From Octopus sinensis (Eukaryota): a DNA stretch of 64,000 bases. The DNA is taken from NCBI RefSeq assembly GCF_006345805.1, contig NC_043001.1, forward strand, positions 122,698,001 to 122,762,000, written 5' to 3'. The notes beneath the pieces are model-generated. The model searched no databases, was not told the origin of the DNA, and saw nothing but the letters and a program-made list of their open reading frames with translations. Within the stretch, counting starts at the first letter, position 1. Every line of letters begins with the position of its first letter. Of the stretch, positions 24,555 to 34,884 are shown piece by piece. The position numbers and the translations under genes were made by a program.

Positions 24555-24725
24555 GTAACATCAGCAAAAAAAACCCCCTTAAGAATGAGAATCCAGGGTT
24601 GGGTTCAAAATTTTACCAGAACACCTGATGACGACTGGAGAGTAAATCAACCGAAACGTTGCGGTAACAACAAACAAGATGAAGACACTTATCTGTCCAC
24701 TGTAAATAATGTAAATAATGTATAA
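24031..24725. mobile_element. Family D palindromic pair including a complete tRNA-Arg-like head
   Basis: Left arm (-): A box TAGCGTAATGG 24386-24376, B box 24343-24332, (AAT)n, hammerhead region. Right arm (+) 24391-24725 has a CUGAUGA core at about 24625-24631. Confidence 0.85.
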
Positions 24726-24739
24726 ATATATATGTTATA

Positions 24740-25028
24740 TTTTTCGGTTGTCAAGAAAGTTCTTGCGGAATTTAAAATTTTGGTCTTAAATTATGTATTT
24801 TCAAATTAATTTTCGTTAAATTACTTTGACTTTATATATCATTTTAAAGCCCGTTTTTCGCTCTATCTGATCGTGTTACTCTTTTTCTTTTGAATAATTA
24901 GGCCATTTTTTTTCTGGAACGTTGAATACAACATGGACAAAAAGCAAATTCGCATAATTCTCTTATTCCAGTTCAAGCTAGGCCAAAAAGCTGCTGGAAC
25001 AGCTCGCGATATCAAAGATGCGTTTGGC
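24740..25028 (+). mobile_element. Mariner 5' end and transposase N-terminus (truncated)
   Basis: 24933-25028 translates MDKKQIRIILLFQFKLGQKAAGTARDIKDAFG, resembling the Hsmar1-type N-terminus; TIR-like GGTTGTCAAGAAAGTTCTTGCGGA upstream. Confidence 0.75.
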
Positions 25029-25607
25029 ACAACATGTTGCAATTCTGGGTGAGATCCTTATCTCATCCTCGAAGCTCGTTCTTGTAGCATCATTGGTCCT
25101 TTCTCTTGACACTTATTTTTTCAATTTCCAAAATATTAGTACATTTTGAACTTACACATTTTACTACATACCAGATACACTGAGTTAATCTCAACATATC
25201 GAATACAAGCAAGAAAACCTATAACCTTTCCTTTATTTCTATAAACCATAAAAGTCAGGAGGCACGAGAAGGAAGTGGATTTATTAAACCAGTTGTCAGC
25301 TTATCAACCTAGCGATCGCGGCGGTCGTTTTGCAGCTTTCAACATGTAATAATAATTTCAATGCATAATAAATCATGTTACATGTCTGCACTAATATACC
25401 TGCAACGCCTTTTACAATGCAATTGTATATTTACAAATCGGGTCAATAAAGAAAGCTAGCTCATCAGATCACCACAACAGCATAGTTACACTAATAATTC
25501 AACTCCTCCATGCTAGATTTACTATGTGGTTTGCTAGCCGGATACACTAGAAGAGCTCTTCCTTGTAGCCACATGATTCTATCACTCTATATATTACACT
25601 AAAAATT

Positions 25608-25704
<97 letters not shown>

Positions 25705-25785
25705 TACACACTCACACACGTGTGTGTATATATATATATATATAGATATATATATATATATATATATTTATATACATAATATATA

Positions 25786-25994
25786 CAAGAGGGTGCTCAA
25801 AAGTTCCTGACTTTGGGTAAAAGGAAACTACAGGACGATCGGTTAATTATGATTTTATTCAGCATATTCTCTTCTCAGATTCACATACTTATTGTAGCGG
25901 TTCTTCAGTTTTTCTAAAAGAAGTTGGAAGGTTGGACTTCCAGTCAGGCTTTTCGCGACACCTTTAAAGCCAGGAACTTTTTAGCACTCCTTCC
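25786..25994. mobile_element. Tc1/mariner-type MITE
   Basis: TA|CAAGAGGGTGCTCAAAAGTTCCTG...CAGGAACTTTTTAGCACTCCTTCC|TA; sister copy at 52186-52402. Confidence 0.75.
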
Positions 25995-26434
25995 TATATC
26001 AACAGAAGCCTGAAGAACAAGAGGGAGATAATTTACATGTCCATTTTGATATGGTGTCGGATTTTTTTTTTTTTCCTAATATAAAAACTACTACGTGTTA
26101 AAAATTGTAAAAATTTGGAGACCGAAATGGAGTGGGTTTTAATATCAGAATGAGGTGACACCTGTGTGAGAAAAAATTAGGTCAATTGTTTTGATTCATG
26201 TTATTCATTAATATCCGTTGGCACCTTTCAATTCAAACCGGTTGTTAATTACTGGCATGTGATTTGGGGGTTTAGTCAAGTTCTTTTATCTTAGTTTCTT
26301 TATCTGGTATGATATTGTTGTCCTTATTTCGTCGTCCCCATTTCAAAGTGGCTTTGGCACATTCTTCTAAGTCGAATCTCGAATAAATTTCTTTGGTAAA
26401 TCCGTGTAATGTTGTAATAATGCTTCCAGTTCTC

Positions 26435-26865
26435 TTTGGCCAAGGTCTCATCAACTTTTTCAAGTTTCACTTGAAAAGGAAGATGAGAGTAGAGAGGAAA
26501 GTGCTGTCTGGTAGCAAGTTTATTGAAAGGTGGGTGAATGTCACAAGAATGGCCAGTATGAACGGACCCATTCTGAGGATACACCTGTGAAAAATTAAAA
26601 GGAAATATAAAAGGAGAAAGGGGCTCTCTACCCCCCTTTTGACCAGGCTCCCGTGGCTTTTATGGGTTTTTCCACGAGTAACCTTTCGAAGCGCCTCCCC
26701 CTATTGGGAGTTTTAATTGTTACTTATATTTCGTTGTTATTCTGATTTTGTACATGGACCTTTTTCAAACGGACAAAACCCTTTGTAACTTTCGTCCTGT
26801 GTTTTGTCCCTTTATGTTTTAATTGATTTTTGTTAGCCCTTGTGGCCAATAAACGAATTAATTAT
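26435..26865 (+). mobile_element. 5'-truncated Tx1-type (L1 group) LINE 3' end
   Basis: ORF end LINFFKFHLKRKMRVERKVLSGSKFIERWVNVTRMASMNGPILRIHL* resembles Tx1 ORF2 C-termini (from memory); 3' UTR ends GCCCTTGTGGCCAATAAACGAATTAATT. Confidence 0.65.
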
Positions 26866-27065
26866 TATCATTATTATTTGCAACCAATAACTTGGGATCA
26901 TCCACAACATAATTGATGTTTGCTTGTTTCACCTTAGTAGCTGCATCCACATCCACTCCTATTTAGCACATTGGTTAAAGAGATTAATGTCAAGCAGAAA
27001 AGAAGCGGAGGGAGAAGTTCTCCTTGGAATATTCCTCTTCTAATGAAGATGGGTTTTATGTTATA

Positions 27066-27462
27066 CTAGCAGTATCGCCCGGCGTTGCTCGGGTTTGTAA
27101 GGGAAATAACTATATAAGCATTTTTAGAGAGTTATAGCCAAAAAATAACAAAAAATGCATTAAAAATGGAAAAAAATGATGGTAATTTTTTTTTTAAATC
27201 GTTGACTCATTGTACATATTTTTAGAGAGTTACTTCCCTTATATAATAGCGAAAAAATGCATTAAAATGGAAAAAAAATGATGATAATTTTTTTTTAAAA
27301 TCGTAGTCTCATCGTAGACGCGCGCTAATACCCAGAAGGGCTCGATATGAATCACGACTATAAGATACCCGGTTTTGGTTAAACTGCACCGCAAAATGTG
27401 GGAGTAGTTAGGAATCTAAATCGTAGGAGACAGACACACAACCTCTCTTTTATATATAAAGA
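27066..27462 (-). mobile_element. Non-autonomous Helitron
   Basis: Reverse complement of 13198-13598; sits at an A|T site inside the R4 RT reading frame. Confidence 0.85.
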
Positions 27463-28228
27463 TAACTCCTCTTTTGTCTATTACTGCAGGCGTATTTGCC
27501 ATTTGCTCAAGCCCTGTTTTATGCATTCTATCTTTGCCTGTGCCAACTTACTCATAGCTAGTATTTCCAGGATCCACGTGTGAGAAAAACTGTCAACAGT
27601 CTCTGGGTAGTCAACCCATGCCATGCCCGCCACTCTTATGTTTCTTTCAGCTGTCTTCAGTCATAAGTGTGCTGGTTAATAACTGACCTTTAGAACCATG
27701 AGCCTTTGCAACAACCCTTCTGCTCTTCTAGAAACGTGTTGCTTTCTCCCGGATGTCTACTCATTTTCTGTGATATTATTGCAGCTAAGGCTTTGTAAGT
27801 TGTAGGGATACATATCTAGTTTTATGAGTTTGTCCTTTCAGTAAATTAAGATTCGGGTATTGAAATAGTTTTCCCCTTTGTGAGTGATTCAAGTGTTGTC
27901 TCTGCTTTGACAGCATCCCATTAAACAACTCAGCTAACACATAATGTATCCCTGCTAAGTATTTTAATCAAAAGTATGGAATCTTCTTGTACTGTGGTGC
28001 CTTCTAGTAATTTTGTTTTAACGGTTCCTTGGTATCCAGAATTGTTAAGGTGCTGGTATTTGTTGCTTTGTTTAATCTTTTGTGGAGGAATTCCATCGCA
28101 GCCTTTACTCCTTCACAAAAATCTATTTTTCAGTTGTGGTTCAATATTTTGTTCATGTTTTTCCGATTTCATTTGTTCCTTTTTATCCGATGGTATTGGA
28201 TAATTTTTGAAGCAATATTTTAGCGTTA

Positions 28229-28953
28229 TAAGGCGGCGAGCTGGCAGAAACGGTAGTACGCCGGGCGAAATGCGTGGCCGTATTTCGTCTGCCGTTACGT
28301 TCTGGGTTCAAATTCCGCCGAGGTCGACTTTGCCTTTCATCCTTTCGGGGTCAATTAAATAAGTATCAGTTACACACTGGGGTCGATATAATCGACTCAA
28401 TCCGTTTCTCTGTCCTTGTTTGTTCCCTCTGTGTTTAGCTCCTTGTGGGTAGTAAAGAAATAGGTATTTCGTCTGTCTTTACGTTCTGAGTTCAAATTCC
28501 GCCGAGGTCGACTTTACCTTTCATCCTTTACGGGGTCGATAAATTAAGTACCAGTTGCGTACTGGGGTCTTGGCCCCCAACCCCAAAATCTCGGGCCTTG
28601 TTCCTAGAGTAGAAAAGAATATTTTAGCGTAATAAGCCGGCGAGCTGGCAGAAACGTTAGCATGCCAGGCGAAATGCTTAGCGGTATTTCGTCTGCCGCT
28701 ACGTTCTAAGTTCAAATTCCGCCGAGGTCGACTTTGCTTTTCATCTTTTCGGGGTCGATTAAATAAGTACCAGTTACGCAATTGGGGGTCGATATAATCG
28801 ACTTTATCCGTTTGTCTCCTTGTTTGTCCACTCTATGTTTAGCCCCTTGTGGGTAGTAAAGAAATAGGTATTTCGTCTGTCTTTACGTTCTGAGTTCAAA
28901 TTCCACCCAAGTCGACTTCTGTGTTTAGCCCCTTGTGGGCAATAAAGAAATAA
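28229..28953 (+). mobile_element. Family C tandem array (two heads, about four modules)
   Basis: Heads at about 28231 and 28635, both preceded by AATATTTTAGCGT(T/A)ATAAG; repeated GTATTTCGTC modules. Confidence 0.85.
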
Positions 28954-28954
28954 A

Positions 28955-29060
28955 GAAAGAATTGTTATTAACTGTCGTCCTTGTTGTTATTTGTATATTT
29001 ATAGGTCATCATATAAATATACAAATAACAACAAGGACGACAGTTAATAACAATTCTTTC
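28955..29060. repeat. Perfect 49-bp-arm hairpin with an 8-nt loop
   Basis: 28955-29003 is the exact reverse complement of 29012-29060; loop GGTCATCA. Confidence 0.95.
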
Positions 29061-29062
29061 AT

Positions 29063-29406
29063 GAAGGCGCGTGGATCAGTGGTTAGAGCGTTGAGCTCAC
29101 GATCGTGAGGTCGTGAGCTCGAATCCCGGACCGGGCTGCGTGTTGTGTTCTTGAGCAAGACACTTTATTTCACGTTGCTCCAGTTCAATCAGCTGTAGAA
29201 ATGAGTTGCGACGTCACAGGTACCAAGCTGTATCGGCCCTTGCCTTTCCCTTGGACAACATCGGTCACGTGGAGAGGGGAGGCCGGTATGCATGGGCGAC
29301 TGCTGGTCTTCCATAAAAAAAAAAAACAACCTTACCTAGACTTGTGCCTCAGAGGGTAACTCTCTAGGTGCAAACCCATGGTCAGTGTCTGACCGAAGGG
29401 GGTCAC
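29063..29406 (+). mobile_element. SINE family E, full length
   Basis: GGCGCGTGGATCAGTGG A box, GCTCGAATCC B box, tail ATGGTCAGTGTCTGACCGAAGGGGGTC. Confidence 0.8.
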
Positions 29407-29709
29407 TTTATATTTATAGGTGGTGACGAAGGTTGCAGTGGTGGTGATGGTGGTGCCGCCGCTGCTGCTGATACAATGATGACGATGATGATGATTGTCG
29501 TCGTCATCGTCGTCATCATCGTTGTAACCGTAATTAGTACTAACTAGTAACAACAGTTGCAACACTAACATCAAGCACCAAATGCTCATTTTCTCTCTCT
29601 ACTTTCTAGTATAGTTTAACGTAAGGTCACAACCAATGTATTTTAAGTACTTTATTTCAGATTATCCTATTTCCTAACGGACCCTTCCTTTATTTCACTT
29701 TATTTTACG

Positions 29710-29738
29710 TTTCCCTTCTTTCTTTCATTCTTTCTTTC

Positions 29739-29769
<31 letters not shown>

Positions 29770-29885
29770 TTTCTTTCTTTCTTTCTTTTTCCTTTCTTTC
29801 TTTCTTTCTTTCTTTCTATTCTTCCATCTTTCTTTTTTTCTTTCTTTCTATTCTTCCATCTTTCTTTCTTTCTTTCTATTCTTCC

Positions 29886-29925
<40 letters not shown>

Positions 29926-29947
29926 ATCTATCTATCTATCTATCTAC

Positions 29948-29979
<32 letters not shown>

Positions 29980-29981
29980 AA

Positions 29982-30079
<98 letters not shown>

Positions 30080-30133
30080 ATCTTTCTTTCTTTCTTTCTT
30101 GCTTTCTATCTTTCTTTCTACCTTTCTATCTTC

Positions 30134-30184
<51 letters not shown>

Positions 30185-30200
30185 ATTTCTTTATTTATTT
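29710..30200. repeat. (TTTC)n/(TATC)n compound microsatellite
   Basis: Directly visible. Confidence 0.9.
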
Positions 30201-30450
30201 ATTTATTTACCCATTTATTTATTTCAGTGTTTGTTTTTGTCTTTATTCTTTCTAAGAACTTTTACTTGTCTTTTGCTGTTCGCCTTTCTGTTGTTTTTTT
30301 TTTAAATATTATTTTCTTCCTTTCCTTGATTCCTTTATTTTATTTTAAATTTAATTAATCCACGGGATGATTCAAATTCCTGTAAGTGCACAATGCTTTC
30401 TCTGTGATGGGTGGTATCATGATGGCGAGTTTCTTGAGAGGAAGGGTGAA

Positions 30451-30489
<39 letters not shown>

Positions 30490-30653
30490 AGACAGACCGA
30501 TAGATATACAGACAAGACGAGTGAACGGAGAAAATAAAAAACAAAAACAAAAACAAAATAAATAGGAGGCGAAGAAGTGATATAGTTACTACGTATATAA
30601 CGAATGAAGTGAGATAAAAATTATTAAATAGGGAGATGGATAGATAAATAGAT

Positions 30654-30697
<44 letters not shown>

Positions 30698-30830
30698 GTG
30701 GATAGATATACAGATACTGTGTGAGAGGGAGACAGGGAGGAGGAGTGTGAGTATGATAAAGGAAGAATTGTCTGGAGAAGTGAAGGGAAACAAGAAACAC
30801 GAAGAAGATTAGATAATAAAAATAAATAAA

Positions 30831-31005
30831 GGCGCAGGCGTGGCTGTGTGGTAGAAAGTATGCTTCCGAACCACATGGTTCCGGGTTCAGTCCCACTGAG
30901 TGAAACTTGGGGAAAGCAGTTTCTATTATAGCCTTGGGCCGACCGAAATTTTGTGAGTGGATTTGGTAAATTTGGCAAACGGGAACTGAAAGAAACTCGT
31001 CGTGT
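30831..31005 (+). mobile_element. SINE family B, 5' half
   Basis: GGCGCAGGCGTGGCTGTGTGGTAG...GGAACTGAAAGAAACTCGTCG. Confidence 0.8.
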
Positions 31006-31017
31006 ATCTCTCCCTCC

Positions 31018-31060
<43 letters not shown>

Positions 31061-31074
31061 CATGTGAGAGAAAG

Positions 31075-31246
31075 TTGTAGCGAAAGAATACAGCAGGGTT
31101 CGTTACACCCTGCCCCCCGCCAGAGCTTCGTGGTGCTTTTAGGTGCTTTCATTCAATAAACACTCAAAACGCCCGGTCTGGGAATCGAAACCGCGATCCT
31201 ATGACCGCAAGTCCGCTGCCTTAACCACTGGGCCATTGCGCCTCCA
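31075..31246 (-). mobile_element. SINE family A, 5' part
   Basis: Ends on + with AACCACTGGGCCATTGCGCCTCCA (reverse complement of the head). Confidence 0.8.
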
Positions 31247-31294
31247 AAGTCCAATATATATATGCACACACATGCACATACACACATGTTTGGC

Positions 31295-31445
31295 TTGTTT
31301 TAGATTCCGTCTTTCAAATCCACTCATAAGGCTGTGGTCGGCCCGAGCCTACAGTAGAAAACAGTTGCCCAAGGTGAACTCTGTGAACCCGAACCCGGAA
31401 ATTGTGGTTGGGAAGTATGCTTCTTATCACACAACCACGTCTACC
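31295..31445 (-). mobile_element. SINE family B, 5' half
   Basis: AAATCCACTCATAAGGC...GCCCAAGGTG...CACACAACCAC. Confidence 0.7.
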
Positions 31446-31675
31446 ATATGCATGTTTCATTAAATACACGATTCTGGTTAAGTCTATTCATTAGATTTTC
31501 AGTTGATTTGGAATAGTACAAAGTTCCTAAAACTGCAAAAAGAACAAAAAAAGTGAACGTCACAAACTATTAGTAAGTGTTTCATACAATCATTTGTCAA
31601 GCAGTTGTGATGATAAAGAAATTTGTATTATCACAGCTGTGTGACGAACAGTCACGTGAAACTCTGAGGGTTATT

Positions 31676-31701
31676 CGCCCCTTGTGGGTAATAAAAAATC
31701 A
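31676..31701 (+). mobile_element. 26-bp retro-insertion (extreme 3' tail of family C/Tx1) with an 18-bp TSD
   Basis: GAAACTCTGAGGGTTATT at 31658-31675 and 31702-31719 flanks CGCCCCTTGTGGGTAATAAAAAATCA. Confidence 0.8.
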
Positions 31702-31704
31702 GAA

Positions 31705-32290
31705 ACTCTGAGGGTTATTACACTTCGCTATTTCCCATTGATGAAGGCTAAGGAACCAGAAACACGCGTCAGGAAATTCGCTAGGTAGAAGCCCTGTGCA
31801 GGTATGGTGTTTTTTTTTTTTACACCTTTTGCTATGAGCCAGGTTTTTTTCCCATACGGTACCTGCTATGAATTTGCCTTTAGAAGTCAAAATATGTCAC
31901 AAGCATAATTTAATTAACCTGAAGTTCGCTTATTGTTAACAACTGCTGGGCATTAGTGCTGTAATTTTTATTCTGACCAGGCGGTCGACTAGCGCAACTC
32001 AGTCGCTGATATTCGTTATCATTTAATTAAAGCTACGGCTTTGAATCTGCTCAGGGTTATCTTCCTTTGGTATTTTCTCATAGAGGAAGATTAAAGAGCC
32101 AGAAACGCGCATCTGCGAATCCGCTAGAGAGAAGCACTGGGTAGGAAGGGTATTTTTACACCTTTTTACCATAAGAGAGAAATTTTTCTGCACTGTTGCT
32201 GTAGAGTGAAATTTTTTCTATAGAAGTTAAGATATGTCATAATCATATTTGACTTAAAGTTCGTTTATTCCTAACCAATGCTTGACGCTG
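31705..32290 (+). repeat. Degenerate tandem duplication, period about 340 bp, with hammerhead-like remnants
   Basis: CT(G/C)AGGGTTAT, CCAGAAAC(A/G)CGC, TTTTTACACCTTTT, TAGAAGT.AA.ATATGTCA and AAGTTCG.TTATT occur in the same order in both units. Confidence 0.6.
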
Positions 32291-32363
<73 letters not shown>

Positions 32364-32454
32364 GTTAAGTGACCGCTGATATATATACACATATATATAT
32401 ATACATATATATACATATATATATATAAAACAGTTAAGTGACCGCTGATATATA

Positions 32455-33245
32455 CTGGATCGTATTTTCTTATTGTCTTATTTCTTATTTATAATTTTCC
32501 AGATGGCCGGTCACTGTACAGGAGTGAGCCAAGATAGTAGTACGCTATGAAGCGTGAAATTCCATTGTTTTGGTTCAGTGATGGTAGCGTGCATAGAAAG
32601 GTAAGCATGCAACACTATGTCCGGGGACTATAAGAAGTTGTCATGCAAAGCTGATGACCACGGGCTCTGTGAACGATGCAAGAAGAGGTGGCCGTCCACC
32701 TGATCAGCGAAGATCGTGGCAACAGTGCATGAAATGTTTAATCGCAGCCCGCAAAAATCAGCGCGTCAAGCAGCTCGTGAAAGTGAACTAGCAAGACACA
32801 ATACGTACGGTGTTGCATAAAGAATTGAATTTTCGTCCGTGGAAGCCCCATTACATGCAGGGGCTAAAATCTGATGGGACGATGTGGACCTCATGAATGG
32901 CCTCCAAGAAGTCCACATCTCACCCCATATGATTTTTTTCTGTGGGGTTACACAAAAGAGGTGTACAAGAAAAAAAAAAACTCGCACACTTGAGGACTTC
33001 GAGGCACGGATTCAAGAGGTTTTCAATATCCCGGACAACGTCCTTCGGAAGGTTGTTCTTTCCATGCGTGGCCGTTTGAAGAAACTGTGGTTGATGCCAC
33101 TGGTGCTTACGTTGAAATATGAAGATTTACTTTCCTTTTTCTATGTAATAAGGAACATGTATCACTAGTTTCAATAAACTTGTAAAAGGAATATGGATTT
33201 TATTAACAATTTTTAATGCCTATTTTACTTTTCACCAACCCTGTA
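32455..33245 (+). mobile_element. Internally deleted Tc1/mariner transposon
   Basis: Frames give TGSVNDARRGGRP, FNRSPQKSARQAARES, LHKELNFRPWKPHYMQ and WPPRSPHLTPYDFFLWGYTKEVY...GAYVEI*; right end CACCAACCCTG|TA. Confidence 0.85.
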
Positions 33246-33668
33246 TATAGATATACTGATGTTTTTTTGCTCATCACTAACTTCCGAAGATCGGAAACAG
33301 GAAACACGAATTAATGAATTTTGATGCTTTTAGTAGCCTCTAAATATAATATAAATAACTCTACTTTCTGTATTGAGGGTATTCTCTGCTACTTGTTGTT
33401 CACATAATTTGCACTCATATGTTCGTGTTGGTATTGATATCAGCAAAGACGGGACTCACTATAAACAGATTAAAAATAGATGAATAACAACGTTAAAATG
33501 AAGTACTTTTAACACGAATAACAAGAATATCCCTATTCCATCCTCAAAATAATTTATGTGAAATGTTTTATAGGGAATACGGAAAAAACTCGGAAGATGA
33601 TATACACATATATCTAAGTGTGTTGTATGTAAGTATATATATATACACACACACACATATATATATAT

Positions 33669-33742
<74 letters not shown>

Positions 33743-33818
33743 GGTTCCGGGTTGATTCGGGGTTAACCACAGTAAATAAGGATACTCAATACATAGCAGA
33801 GTTTCTTAAATAAAATAG

Positions 33819-33850
<32 letters not shown>

Positions 33851-33888
33851 TATGCGTATGTATATGTGTGTATATATATATATATGCG

Positions 33889-33921
<33 letters not shown>

Positions 33922-33966
33922 ACACATGTAGATACATATATGTATATATATTCATTGAACACATTC

Positions 33967-34066
33967 NNNNNNNNNNNNNNNNNNNNNNNNNNNNNNNNNN
34001 NNNNNNNNNNNNNNNNNNNNNNNNNNNNNNNNNNNNNNNNNNNNNNNNNNNNNNNNNNNNNNNNNN
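33967..34066. other. Assembly gap (100 N)
   Basis: Run of N. Confidence 1.
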
Positions 34067-34222
34067 GTTCTGTACTTATTAACTAGTCTTCAGACTTCAT
34101 TTGCACCTTGTAAATCTGAAATATAAACATCGTCATGGTTCTACTGTCAGAAATGTCTCTAGTGCAGAACATGCCTCTTTACCTGAGTATCTGCATACGT
34201 ACGTATTTATGCCATGCTTTCT

Positions 34223-34615
34223 TTATGTATGTATGTATGTATGTATGTATGTATGTATGTATGTATGTATGTATGTATGTATGTATGTATGTGTGTGTGT
34301 ATGTATGTATGTATGTATGTATGTATGTATGTATGTATGTATGTATGCATGTATGTATGTATGTGTGTATGTATGTATGTGTGTATGTATGTATGTATGT
34401 ATGAATGTATGTATGTATATTTGTATGAATGTGTGTATGTATGTGTGTATGTATGTATGTATGAATGTATGTATGTATAGATGTATGTATGTGTGTGTGT
34501 GTATGTATGTATGTATGTATGTGTGTGTATGTATGTATGTATGCATGTATGTATGTATGTATGTATTTATGTATGTATGTATGTATGTATGTATGTATGT
34601 ATTTATGTATGTATC
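34223..34615. repeat. (TATG)n microsatellite
   Basis: Directly visible; abuts an R4-type 3' end. Confidence 0.95.
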
Positions 34616-34629
34616 TATATCTCTTCTGT

Positions 34630-34880
34630 CTTTAATTACCTGAAGATTTCCAGTAAGAAAGTAGCTGCTTTCTAACAAAGGTACAACGCTCCAGCCTTTG
34701 AATGTAGATAACGAAAATAATGTTACATTTCGAACTTGAGAAATTTCTTACATATCTCTACTATTCTACTTACAAATTGCATTCGTAATTGACATGCTAG
34801 CTGCTTGATGCTTGTTCTGAAAACCCTTGCTTCTTCCAATTATCACTTAAGCATTTATTCAGAAAATGAAGTACATTAAT
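34630..34880 (-). mobile_element. R4/Dong-type LINE 3'-end fragment
   Basis: Paralogous to 34930-35100 (CTAACAAAG.TACAA.GCTCCA.C.TT.GAATGTAGATAAC.AAAATAATGT); minus frame ends VEICKKFLKFEM*. Confidence 0.7.
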
Positions 34881-34884
34881 TATT

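Larger units (their letters stand above)
26270..28215 (-). mobile_element. R4/Dong-type non-LTR retrotransposon RT fossil, interrupted twice
   Basis: Decayed frames give KAPQYKKIPYF*LKYL, MAWVDYPETVDSFSHTWILEIL, IRRGIFQG, VDDPKLL and FDLEECAKATLKWG; interrupted by the Helitron and the Tx1 3' end. Confidence 0.8.
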
